NCBI GenBank assembly: GCA_013239625.1
Contig: MU053810.1
Span: forward strand, 1,187,320-1,251,319
Length of the DNA: 64,000 nt
Source of the DNA: Lama guanicoe
Lineage: Eukaryota
Direction: 5' to 3'
Shown: one piece after another, positions 42,091-55,016 of the stretch
Layout: each line of letters begins with the position of its first letter
Numbering within the stretch: position 1 is the stretch's first letter
Notes under the pieces: generated by a model
Database searches by the model: none
Told to the model about the DNA's origin: nothing
Seen by the model: the letters and a program-made list of their open reading frames with translations, nothing else
Made by a program: the position numbers and the translations under genes

Positions 42091-45000
42091 TTTCCTTACC
42101 AGCGTTTGATGTTGTCAGTGACCTGGGTTTTGGCCATTCTCCTGGATGTGCAGTGGTATCTCATTGTTGTTTTAATTTGCTTTTTTTCTAAAGACATATA
42201 ATGTGGGGTATCTTTATATGCTTATTTGTCATTTGTGTATCTTTTTTGGTGAGGATGTCTGTTAAGGTCTTTAACCCATTTTTAAATCAGGTTGTTTGTT
42301 TCATTGTTGAGTTTCAATACTTCTTTGCATTTTTTGGATAACAGTCCTTTTTCAGATGTGTTTTCTACAAATATTTTCTCCCCATCTGTGACTTGTCTTT
42401 AATTCTTTTGATTTTGTCTTTTATGGGCTAGAAGTTTGTAATTTTAATAAAGCCCAGTTTACCAATTATTTCTTTTATGCATCGTGTCATTAGTGTTGTG
42501 TTGTATCTTAAAAAGCATCAGATCTGAGATCACCTCGGCTTTCCTCTATGTTACCTAACAGGGGCTTTACAGTTTCACATTTTACTTCTTGGTTTATGAT
42601 CCATTTAGAATTAATTTTTGTTAGATTTAGTTTTTGGGATGCTACTATAAATGTTATTGTGCTTTTAATTTCAAATTCCACATGTTCAATGTTGGTCTGT
42701 AGGAGAGCAGTTGACTTTGTAGTTTAATTTTGTATCCGGCAATTTTGCTATAATTGCCTTTTATCTCCAGGAGTATTTTTGGCAGTTCTTTTGTATTTCC
42801 TACATAGACAGCTTTGTCATCTGTGAACAAAGGCAGTGTTGTGTCTTCCTCCCCAGTCTGTATACCTTTGATTTTATTAGCCCTGGTTGCATTATTGTAT
42901 TAGCAAGAACTTCCAGCATGATATTGATAGGAGTGGTGAGAGCGGACGTTCTTGCCCTATACTTAACCTCAGTGGGAAAGCGCCTAGTTTCTCAGCAGTA
43001 AGTACAACATTGTCTGTAGAGTTCTTTGTAGGTAGTAGTTACCAAGTTGAGAAAGTTACCCCTCTATTTCTAGTTTACTATAGTTTTTATCATGAATGGG
43101 TGTTAGATTTTGCAAATGCTTTCTCTGCATCTTTTGATATGATTGTATGATTTTTTTTTTAGTTTGTTAATATGATGGATCACATCAATTGATTTTAAAA
43201 TGTTGAACCAGCCTTGCATACCTGGGGTAAATCCCATGTGCTTTCAGTGTATAATTCTTTTCATACATCTTTTGGATTTAATTTGCCAATATTTTGTGAG
43301 GATTTTTACATCAAAATATATGAGAGATACTGGTCTGTAGTTTGCTTTTCTTGCAATGCCTTTGTCTGAATCTGGTATTAGAGTAAAGCAGGTTGGCTCA
43401 TAAAATCAGTTAAGAATTATACTCTGTTTCTATGCTCTGAAAAAGATAGTAGGAAATTGGTATGATTTCTTCCTCAAATACTTGTTATAATTCAGCAATG
43501 AACATATCTGGGCATAGTCTTTCAGTTTTGAAAAGTTATTAATTATTGATTCAATTTCTTTAATAGATGTAGACTTATTCACATTATTTCTTCTTGTATG
43601 AGTTTTGGCAGACTGTGTTATTTACAGAACTGGTCCAGTTTCTTCTAGGTTATCCAATTTGTGGCCTTAGAATTGTTCTTACTTGGAGGAATATGGGAAA
43701 GGAAGTCCACTCAAATCTTCCCAGAAGAAGAAAATCTAGTGAATTAATTGATCTGCTCTTGATGGAGGAATAGAGATCAGAGATTGATACAGAGATACTA
43801 GAAACAGATTCAGAGTATGTCAGCTGTTTCAGTGGAGAAAAGACTTGTTGATCAGTTGGTTTTGGAAATACTGCTTCATAATTTGGGGGAAATTTATATC
43901 TTCACCACAAACATATGAAACAAATTCCAAGTGACTATACTTTAATATGTATGTACAACTTGAAGTGGCTCTATCTTTTAACGACTTCTTACTGCCTTTC
44001 TTCCCATAAGTGGAAGAGAAGGACACAGGCATGATCTAGGAAGACAAACACACTGCAAAATCAAATATACAGTATATAAGATAAAGGATCAATATGTAGA
44101 GTACATGGGAAATAAATTCAAAATTGAGTAAAAAGGTTAAATTACAAGAAGAAAGGGTTTTTTTGAATTTTATAATTTAACCAATATCATATTAAGGTCT
44201 AATTTTTCCTGTTTATTAGTGTGTTTAGTTACTTTTCATTTGTTTATTGCCTTGGGTTCTTGAATTTAATGTCCGCATGAATGCAAGAGATATATCCTTG
44301 GACAGTGGCAAAGTCATGAGTCAGAAGTAAGATATTTTTCTCTTTCTCAGTTAAGAAAGAATACATATCAGAATATCAAGCAAATAAATGAAGCAACCAT
44401 GTATGCAGGACAAAAATTGGGGAATTGGTATATAACTACTTTTCTGTAGTTGATCTGTTAATGTTTCTATAGTAATTTTACGGTAATTTACTCTTATGAC
44501 TCTCTCCTCTATTAAATTATCACCATCCCAGAATAGGCTCCCTTTCTTTTCACCCTCTTATTCCTGGTGTCTGACTTAGTGTGTGGGAGCTGTGCAAGCA
44601 TCAAGCATTTGCTGTATAAATGGAGCCCTGGCTGGCTAAGTCAGTAGGTGACTAAATCTCCAGTACACATCTGGATGAATACTTTTGATAATTTTAGGGG
44701 ATACAATTTGACATGTTATATCCCAAGTGGAATGATAGCAAATATATTAAAATAATATACTACAATCACCCGTCATTAGGTTGATCTGTGGTTGGTTTTC
44801 TAAAGACTTATCCCTCATTTCCTTTTCCTGCTGTATAAAATGATAATGAATACATTATTCGGATCTCATGTATTAGAAGGCCAGTTGTCAGAGGAAACAA
44901 ATGGTTTGCATTTTACTGGTTAAAGTGATCACACAAAAGGGCTTTCGTTGAAAGCCCTTTTGGGGATTGGCGCAGTGTATGAGTGGTTCTTTACCCTGCT

Positions 45001-46775
45001 GAAACCGATTCATAGGAAAAATTAGCAAAGTGAATTAAGTTTGTAAGTTAAGACAGACTTTTATCCTCATCCATGCCTGTTACATTGCCAAGTGTCAGAC
45101 ACCCTCTACTTTAATCTTTAATTTAACTAATCATTCCTTTGATTCCAAATCACTAAGACATTGCTGAGAGTCAAAGCCTAACCTTGAAGAAGCTTTTCTT
45201 CCTTAGTCATTAGAAAGACTTGGAATTCCATTAATTAGGTGCGAATTTCCCATCCCGTTCAATGCAGAAGTTACACATGAGAGTCTCTGGGTGTAAAAAT
45301 GTGTTTGTTGTTTCGGGGAGGATGTTGAAAGATCTGTCTGTGCACTGTCAGTTGTTTTGCAAAGTTAATTTTAGAGTAACTGATACAGAGTTCCTCTTTC
45401 TCTGTGTAATTCCACAGAAGATCTTCTTGGTTGATTGATCTGTGTCTCCCTCTGCATAACAGACTGTCAGCCATATTTATTAACATTAATTCTCCAAAAA
45501 TATGAAACCATGAATGTGTAACTCCTTTGGATCCCCTCTGCAAGCACTTCTTTTTCCTTGAGTCTACATTTTTTTTGAAAAATCTATAAATTATATATTG
45601 TACAATTGTATGCTATAAATCGGTCGGGACATCTTGCTTGATTTTCCAGATGCCATTCCACTGAATATTCTCTCTTCCACTGTTTTGATTTATAAGCTTC
45701 AGAGACAATGCTTACTTTTGACTTCATCATGAAAACACAATAGTGGATCCTGAAATACTAATTTTGGGGGGCTTAGCCATAAACATAATTCTCTGTGGAT
45801 GTATTTCTCTTTCTCTGCTGTATAGCCATCATCACAGTTTGTTAACCTCTAATTCCCAATAAGGGTTAGGCCCAGAGTAGCCAAGGGCAACACATACAAT
45901 CCAAGCTTTGTCCTTGTGCTCAGCTGACTTACATTCTGTTTTACTCTTGGTGTCATTTTCATTCAGTCGTTAGGGTTACGCTCTATGTCAGGTCATGTCT
46001 TACCATGTCAGGTTATCCTGGGATTACTTGTACATTAGAATATTGGACACCTAGCAGACCAACCTGAGACATTCAGAGGAGATATTTACATAAGTTTTCT
46101 TAGAAATGTAATCGTTCCTTTACAATTGAAGAATTCGATGTAAAATAGTTACTGTTGGTGCTCATATAATAATCATTATTATAGTAGAATTTTACAGATA
46201 GCCCAAATCATACAATCTTATAACAGAATGTTTGAAATCTGGTCTTTAGAAATGATCACTTTCCCTCCATGCTCAATGCACTTCACGGTTTGTTTTCATA
46301 TCCATCAGGGATATGTGATTTGTCCCACATATTCTTCCTTTCATTTCTCTTTTCTCTTCCCTTATGTGAGTTATTTCAGCTTTAGAGGAAGGTGCAAAAT
46401 CAGTGACTAAGGGGTGTAAATAAAAGGTTGGTGGCGAGGGTACCTAGAGCAGTCAACCCAGGGCTTCTGTAAACTGTTCAGAGTCCATCAAATATCAACT
46501 GAGAATGTGTGTGCAAGCACGGAAGAGTGGATTTCACTGACTGGACCACTTTCTACTAATGATGTCTCTGAAAATACCAAGGCAAGTTTAATACTAGTCT
46601 TGCCAGTTTTGCTTTTGGGAACAGTTAGTAGATTAGTATGTTTTGATGAGGTAAGGTATTACCATGAATATTATCAGAGTCTTGTTTGTTTTTTACCAAT
46701 TTTCACTGATCAAATGCTTGTGTTCTACATAATTGGTGGTGTTGTCTCTTCTTTTGTGTTGAATTATTTATCTAA

Positions 46776-47069
<294 letters not shown>

Positions 47070-47917
47070 TAACGTATTTTGTACATAGACAAAAATCAAC
47101 TGAAAGAGATAATTTCATAATGTTTGAGCTTACACTTCCATGTTAAGAGATACAGCTTCTCCATCCTTCAATCACACAAGTAATTCCTCCCTTCCGTATC
47201 GTCCCGTTTCTAACACGTAGAAGCGTTGTCTGTAGAATTTACTTTTCAACACCAACTAAAATGTAAGCCTAATATTTACGTATGTTTATCTAATTTAATT
47301 AATTTTAAACAAACTAGTGAAAAGGGTTAGAAAGCTGTCAGTTAGTGGATATATAAGAAATACATTCAACCAGAACTTGAATTGAGAGCTATGCTTAAGG
47401 GATTTAAAATGATACTCTAGCAAGTGAACAGTAACTTGAAAAAATTTGCTATCATTTATCACGCTTCTAAATGTGAAATGTAATTACAATTGGATTTTCT
47501 TTACAAAACTACCCAGAAAATGTCAAAAATAATTGTAAATACATCTGTGCAATTTCACAGCTGGCAAAATTTCTTTCTGAAGAGTTATTCCATCTGATTT
47601 CCAAAATAGTACATTGTGCTGTATACTGGCAGAAAGACCAGCCTTTCGTGGTTTCCTACACTGATTCACTTGGAGGCAAGCCCCTGGGACTGAAGAACGA
47701 AACCTGAATTCTATTTAGTTTTATCGTTGCTCTCATATTAAAATATCGCTTCACCGAAGCAGTTCAAAAATGTGACTTTGGCTTTTGGTGATGTTAGAAC
47801 GTTTGCTCTTTTATGACCAGGGCTGGTTCAGATGATTCTGCTTAGAAGTCAGTCTTTGAGAGTTTAAGATTGACTCCCACATGTTTCTAGGAAAAGTAAC
47901 TGATAACTCAGCTGCTT

Positions 47918-47960
47918 CACACACACGCATGCACACACACGCACACATACACACACACAC
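47918..47960. repeat. Imperfect (CA)n microsatellite
   Basis: cacacacacgcatgcacacacacgcacacatacacacacacac. Confidence 0.85.
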
Positions 47961-48929
47961 GTTACATGAAGTCATAATTCATGTACCCCAGATTATCTAG
48001 GGAGGACAGAGCCCCAGGTATCTGTGTCAAACAAGGGACAGGGTTTGCACTTGGTGATGTTTGGCAGAGGGTTCCTGGACCACAGAAAATGGTTCTGAAC
48101 ATATAATCATAAAAAGGTATCTTAGCAACGAGAGCGTGCTTCTTTAGCTCTTTTCTAGTAAGTTTCCTAGTAGTTTCCTAGCTAAATTTCTATTATAGTT
48201 CATTACTCAATTTATCAATGATTCTGGCAAGTTGAAAAGAAAAAATTCTTCAAAGCTTTTGCTAGGATTTTAGAAAGAAAGAAGCTTTTATTAAACAGGA
48301 GAGATTCCTTTCTTCCCAAGGGAAGGAGAATGACTCCTAGATGGGTTGATCAGGACAGAAGAAAACTGAGAGTTATTATTCCAGCTTTGCTGATTTTCAT
48401 GTAGAAGTGTGGACTGTTTCTTTCCCTTCTTCCTTTAAAGTCCTGCCAAAATTTACATGATTATAATTAATTTTGTTCAAGTCAGTTTAACATTCAGCTT
48501 ACTAATACTTTAATATCTTATATTTAGTGATACAGTGCTTTAAGGCTTTCTATGCCATAAATAAAGAGGTAAATTTTTGTTAATTTTAGTGAATATGGTC
48601 AATTTTATGTTGAATATATTCTAGGAAAAGCAAACCGTTTTTCAAATAACGAGCCTGCTACAAATAACAAGAATTTCAAATTATGTTTCAGTTAAGATAG
48701 AAGGAAGAAAAGAAAACATTTTAAGAAAGTTTAGAAGACCATGTATGGAACTAAAAACAATGTTTTTGTCCCCTTAATTTTAAATTACATGTCAATAAAA
48801 TAGCAGTGCTTTGAAAAGTGGTAATGAGAATCAAATTAGAGCATAAGTCACCCTAGGTTGTGTTCTACTATTGCCAATTTAGGAGAGAACAGTATCTGAC
48901 GACATACCTAAAAATCAGAGTCACTGTAG

Positions 48930-49145
48930 AAAATGGTAAAGAACAAGGAGCAGAGTCAGACTACCTGGGTGTGGAATCGGGCTCTGCCACCGAGTGGCTT
49001 GGCTGAGTCTATTTCACTGTGCCTCAGTTTCTGCATCAATAAAATGAGGGTGATAATAATCATACTTTCATCATAGATTTCTGTGAATATTAAATATGTT
49101 AATATATGTGAAGTGCTTAGAATTATCTTGGCACATAGTAAAATT
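48930..49145 (+). mobile_element. MIR SINE, near full length
   Basis: tggtaaagaacaaggagcagagtcagactacctgggt...ctgtgcctcagtttctgcatcaataaaatgagggtgataataat...aagtgcttagaa...ggcacatagtaa. Confidence 0.8.
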
Positions 49146-49359
49146 TAGCCATTGCCTTTTATTGTTATAACCATCATTATTATTAATTAACAATGTCATA
49201 GTTTCAGACATTGCTTTTATTGCCCCCATATTAGGGGACCAGCTTCAGATCATATGCAAATGGGTCACCATAAAATCTGTAATGGAATGGTTGCTGTTCC
49301 CCACTTGAGATGAATAACTTAAAAAGTGACTTAATGTTCCCTCCTCTGTGACATCCTGC

Positions 49360-50312
49360 CCATCACAAAGAACACATTATATGATACTGTTGCTGGCAGA
49401 TGTAGCCAGTGTCCAGGTTCTTGTCCTGTCCCGGAATTCAGAGACAAGACACGGAGGTTAAGAAAGTAAAGTTTGGGTTTATTAAGGGGTAGATAGTACA
49501 CTTTCAAGGGGAGAGCAGGCAGGCTCACGTGAGCGGCTGTCCTGAGTTTTTTTGGCAAGTTGGTTATTTACATAGCTTGTAAAAATGGGTGGAATATTCC
49601 TTGTGAAGGGAAGGGTTTGGGGTCATATTCCCTGATTTTCATCCCAACTCCACCTTCCCAAGAGGAGGAGGGATTTTTGTCCTTATTTAGTCTGGATGGG
49701 AAGTGTCATGGCATCGGTGCATGATGGGCACTTCTCATTTGCAAGGCTAATTTTATTGAAATGAGTGCATAATGAGCAAAAGGTTACATTTGGACACTGA
49801 AGAGTCCTGCCCTTTTCCACCTTTCTTTGTTGGCCTCCAGGCTGTTTGTCACCCCAAAATGCGTGACCCCACTTATCAGCCCAGAGTTCCTGCTTTTCTT
49901 TCTCTGCCCAGGGACCCCTTGTGCTTACACGATGTGTGGTTTTCTGTATTTAGCCTGTGCCCCTCCTTTCTGCCCATTCCTGCCATTTGGCCTGCATCCC
50001 CCTTTCTCTGCTCGTATCTAGCTATCTGCCTGCTCTAGCAATACCATTTATGTGAAATGCCCAGAAGAGCAGATCTGTGGAGACAGAAAGTAGATTAGCG
50101 GTTACCTAGGGCTAAAGAATAAGGGGTGGGAAGTGACTGCTAATGAATATGGGGTTTCTTTATGGGGTGATGAAAATATTCTGAATTTTTATTGTGATTG
50201 TTACACAATTTCATAACTATATCAAAACCATTCAGTTGGAAACTTTATCTGGGTGAACTTAATGGTATGTAAATTATAAACTATATATCCAAAAAGCTGT
50301 TAAAAATAAAAA
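49360..50312 (+). mobile_element. L1MB-type 3' end interrupted by a solo LTR
   Basis: Removing the LTR and one TSD restores cattatatgataccatttatgtgaaatgcccagaa...gagacagaaagtagattag...tggggtgatgaaaatattctg...aaagctgttaaaaa. Confidence 0.75.
49388..50040 (-). mobile_element. ERV1-type solo LTR, 653 bp
   Basis: TG...CA termini; 4-bp TSD atac at 49384-49387 and 50041-50044; AATAAA on the minus strand (tttatt at 49478-49483). Confidence 0.88.
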
Positions 50313-53300
50313 AGACTTAAGAGAAAATTCTCTAAAGATGATGGTGGTGGAGGTGGCAGAATAGCTTTTGAATTATCCCAAGTCCTCCCATTAAAACCAT
50401 CAAAACTAGGGAATATAGCCAATATTTTATAAGAACTATAAATGGAGTATAAACCCCTGAAAATTGTGAATCACTATATTGTACACCTGTAGCTTATGTA
50501 ATATTATACACCAAATATACTTCAATTTTTTTAAAAATTTAAAAATAAACTTAAAAAAATAATCAGAGCCTAATTAGCAAAGTCCATAAGCTGTGGAAAA
50601 CATGCAACAAAACTAAGTGAAAAAACATCCCTACACAACCCAGTATACAAGCTGCTGGGGACAAACTGCCAACAGCCACAGATCTGTATGGTCCTTATGT
50701 CTGTGAGAGAGAAGCCAGGAGGACCATGAAAGGGTCAGCAGAGATTCACTGGAAAATGCAGTTACGTGGTTTGAGAAGGGCAGCTCAAACCTGGGGGGTT
50801 TCACCTACTTTGAGAATGATGGGTCCAAGGGGGTCTGTGGTTAGATCCAGGGGGGTTGAAGCAGTCTGCACTCCATGGACACACAGAATGAATCCACCCG
50901 GATTCCTTTCCAAAACAGCAGCCCACATTCAAAAACAAAACAAAACATGAGCAACAAATAAAAACACCACTGGGAGTAGAATCAAAATTGAGTAGATGAG
51001 GGAGAGATGGAGGACAGAGAAGATCTGCATTGAAGTGGAGGGAGATAGAGCCAGAAAATTTCAGAAAGCAAGTCATCGTATTTTGTATAGATTTACATAG
51101 AATCTATAGACTGATAATCCTTTTTAGGATCATCACGGATTATCTCTGAGATTTTCCTAGGACTTCCTGACAACTCTGGTATCTATGCATACTTTTTTAA
51201 AATTTCAGAATAATTGAGAACAAAGCATTAAACTGATTAAGAGTGAAAGTGGAGAAGGTAGAGGATAGATGTAAGATATATTTGGTAGTTATCCATTTAC
51301 CTGCAAATAAGAAAGCTATTTGAGCTTCATATTTAGTTTTGGCTCTCCATTCAAAAACACATAACTCAGTTTATTAGATCATATTTAGCACACAGCCTAC
51401 CTAAAGCTAGATATATACTTTTTAAAATTCTTTTGCATTTGGAACACATCGTGGTGCTAGCTCCAATTTACTATCAGATTTCTTGATTTTTTTCTAAAAA
51501 GAAAAATAAAAGAATAGGCATATCTTTGTCTTGTCCAGGGACACATTAAGAAGCATATCTTCTGTTTGGACAGAGTGACATGGAAGCAAGTATCTTATTC
51601 ATTAAAAAAAAAGTGGCAGATTATGAATTTTAAAATTAAAATTAAAATTGATCTTAAAATGATTTGTACAAAAATCTTATAAAATGCAACCACCACTCTA
51701 TAGGACAGAGAATTAGGAAGAGAATTCATAGATAAGGGAAAGGAGTATTCCATCATTGTAATTTATAAAAGTACCAGTTCTAAATTTAAATGGTTAGTCA
51801 GTTTTCAATTGACGTTACTTATTAAGCACATCCGTTTATTACACACATTCAGCTGATACTTGTTGTTGTTTACTCTTAATACTAAGTAGCATTTATGTCA
51901 AATTTTGCAACAAGAGCATTTGGTGCAAATCCTTGCTCTGTGCTCCGCGGTTTTAGGCAAGTCACGTAATCTTCCTTTGTCTTATTTTTCTCAGCCATAA
52001 AATGGTTAAGAATCCTACTTCCATCTTAAAGAGCTCTGACAAGGATTCAGTCATGTACGTTATAGAAAGTGCTCTGAAGAAAACATGGGATTTAGAAAGA
52101 ACTGAATGTTTCTTGGCTACAGGTATAGATGAACAACAGCAGAAAACTCGACACTGTTCCAGGGACAGCACTTTTTATATCAGCGTTTAGAAGCTGGTTC
52201 TGTTTCTTTCAACAAATCTTTATCGACTGCCTAGGCTACAGAAAACTCTGCAGTGAACTGTGTGCGTCTCCTTAGAGCAGGGCTGAAACGCCTGAGTCAC
52301 ACAGCGTTTGTCTTTCCTGAGTTTCCATGTCCCCTTTCAGTGCCTCTTTCTTGACGCCCGGCATTTCCTCTCCTTCCCCATGTGTCTCTCAGTGCCTTGT
52401 GCTGTGAGGACTGCTCTGGAACCATCTCTGAGACACTGTAAACCCGGGACCTCAGGATGGGAGCCAGTGACAGTGTAAGATGTTGCCTTATCCACTGAAA
52501 AATCCAATTGAATGATGGCCAGTTTTCCATTGAGGGAAAAGGAAAAAATAATCTAGGGACTAGAAAATGCTTCCAGAAGTCTATAAATTCTTCTAAGTAG
52601 ACAGTAGCACAGTAACTACTTTGCCTCTCTCTAAATTCATACAGAGCAAAACACATCAGGCTCCCAAAATAACCCTAAATGTGAAAGGAAGGCAGTACCT
52701 TGGGGAGAAAGTGAAGAGAAGACAGCATCATTATAATTGTAGTTGTCTAGTACATTGTCTTCACACATAACCTCCAAAGCCTTTCTTTCTTATTACAACC
52801 GCTCTCACACCTTTCATTTTCCCCCTTTAAAAGGTGTCTGTATGACTCCTAAGTGTCCTTTAAGCAGTAATTGATTTGGAGTGAAAATAGTGTCTTGATG
52901 ATAATGATTTCAGTGCAGCATCACTCTGAATTCAAATCGAACTTGGGAGATCACAAACCGGTGATTGCTCTGTATAGAGTTCACAAATACATACATCTAT
53001 GAACAGAACCCTGTAGAATTTAACTTCAAAACTTACCTTCTTCACTTAACTTAGATGAAAAGCTGTATTTCCACTCAACACGTGAGTGTTCCAAGTGTGG
53101 CATTTAGATCTCCCCCAGTTTTCTTTGGAAGTAAATGTTGTCAGAAAAGAAACAAACAAACAAAAAAAGATGGTAGTCAGAAAAAAAATAATTAGCTGGC
53201 TCACCCTAATGAAATAATTAAATGTGACTTTTATTTTAATAACTAATGGGTAGATAATATGTAGGGCTGTATAATGTAAGGGTGCATAAGGATGGATGGG

Positions 53301-53734
53301 TAAATGGATGGATGGATGCATGAATAAATGGACAGAGGAATGGATTAATAGAAAAGATTTATTCAAATCCTGTTACATGTGTGAAGATTCAGAACAGAGC
53401 CTTCATTGAGTTACATTCTGGTGGCAGATGCAGACAATAAACAAAGTAATATATAATATCTGTGTCTTGTTGGCAGGTTCTATGAATGATAGAGAAGAAG
53501 TGATGGAGAATTATTACCCTGATTAGCGTCATCAGGCATAGTCTCTGAAAGTTACAGTTGAGCAAAGCCTTAAATATACTAAGAGGCAAGCACACAAACA
53601 TCCTAGGGAAAAGGCCTGGGGACCAACGAGGCAGATTTACTAGGAGGGAGCGTATTGCTGGGGCAGAAGGAAGTAAGAGTGGGGCGATGGCCATGGAACT
53701 TTCTCATCAGAAACACCTGCTCTGTGCTAAAGAC

Positions 53735-53985
53735 CATGGCACAGCACAGAGATTAATGGAGCAGATTCTGAAATCAGCCTTCCTAGGTTTACATCCTGTC
53801 CCTGCCACTTAGTTGCTGTGTGACCTTGAATAAGTGCTTATCAACGCTTTACCTCAGTTTCTTCATAGCGATAAAAATGGAACCTGCTTCATAGGGTAAT
53901 TGTGAGGATTTCACAAGTTGATATATGCCAAGAGCCTCGAGCATTAACTCTTCATGGTAACTACTCAGTAAATGTTAGATGTGAT
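53735..53985 (+). mobile_element. MIR SINE
   Basis: ctgccacttagttgctgtgtgaccttgaataagtgctta...cctcagtttcttcat...ctcagtaaatgttag. Confidence 0.8.
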
Positions 53986-54315
53986 TATCATTGTTATCAT
54001 CACCATCATGTTTAAATTAATCTTTATTACAGCTCTGGAAAATCGAGGTATCCAGAGGTTACACTAAATAATACAGCCAAGTTGATTGCTGATGCCAAAT
54101 GGCACAGAAGTGGCCATGTTTAGCCATAACGGCATGGAATACTGTCAGCACCACCATGAGTACCTTGGAGTAAAAGCAGTAGCGCAACACCTGCCACATC
54201 CAGTTTGTTAATAAATTCAAACGCTATTGCAAAAATGACAGGTGATATTAGACATGTCACTAGGACTAACAGTGGAGGGTTTAAGTAACACTAGTTGAAA
54301 TGTTTTACACATTGT

Positions 54316-54772
54316 TGTAGGCCCCCGCCTGAAGGCTCTAGAGAATAAGCCATGGGCTGAGCTGATAAACAAACTGTGAGAAAGTTCACCTAGACGGCTG
54401 GATAAGTGATGGCCTATTTAATGTATCCAGTATGGACGGCTGGATTGCCAGCGATGGGTAAGATCCTCAGAGGAGGACAACGTAAGACAGGCACAGCCGG
54501 CTGGAGAAGAGATGGCCTACTTAATGAAATTTTGTGACGAATTTTAAAACAATCTGTCCTTGATCATGTAACATCCTGTGCCTACTCCAGGAGCCTAAGA
54601 ACCTGGAGCCTGGGAACCTAAATAGCTTAAAATTATTATCATTGTTATAACTTAGATGATATGTGAGGCATCATGCATGTTCTATATAAATCCTTTCCTA
54701 AGAATCAATAAACAGAACTTTTCGCTTCTCTCTGCACGGTTTTCGTGTGTACATGATATCGTGCCACCGACA
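54316..54772 (+). mobile_element. Solo LTR, 457 bp, probably class II (betaretrovirus-like) ERV, sense to MALRD1
   Basis: Starts tgtagg and ends ccgaca; 5-bp TSD attgt at 54311-54315 and 54773-54777. TATATAAA at 54683-54690 and AATAAA at 54707-54712. Contains a CTE-like hairpin. Confidence 0.85.
54437..54499 (+). promoter_or_regulatory. CTE-like (NXF1/TAP-binding-element-like) RNA hairpin
   Basis: gccagcgatgggtaaga...aacgtaagacaggcacagcc resembles the MPMV/SRV CTE half-site gccaatgacgggtaa...aacctaagacaggcgcagcc (from memory). Nested stems are visible in the sequence. Confidence 0.65.
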
Positions 54773-55016
54773 ATTGTAAACCCTGTTTTTAAAAAATTTA
54801 ATGTTAAACCCATCTTCATTGTTACAGACATTTTATTTTTGATTCAGAAAAATTTTCAGTTTAGGGGAAGAGGGGAAAAGAAAATAGATCTTACATACAT
54901 GTGTTATAGGACTTGGTGGGCTCAAATCATCATGGAACGACTGTGAAAAAATAGTCTTACTTGAAGCAAGTAGTTTACATTTTTGCAAGTATCTTTTGTT
55001 GATTAACAAAAAGTGT

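Larger units (their letters stand above)
41045..43680 (-). mobile_element. Old L1 (L1MC1-like), about 2.6 kb, containing a nested younger L1 and a tandem duplication
   Basis: 3' end ttttattttttaagggcagttttaggtttaca...; ORF2-derived antisense segments such as aggagtggtgagagcggacgttcttgcc and tgttgaaccagccttgcatacctgggg. Confidence 0.85.

Noticed and set aside
44934..44962. Rho-independent terminator
   Set aside because: The shape is similar, but the context is a mammalian intron with no sign of bacterial DNA. Kept only as a palindrome.
52895..52930. C/D-box snoRNA (tgatga...ctga)
   Set aside because: The boxes are only about 35 nt apart, too short, with no convincing terminal stem or guide.
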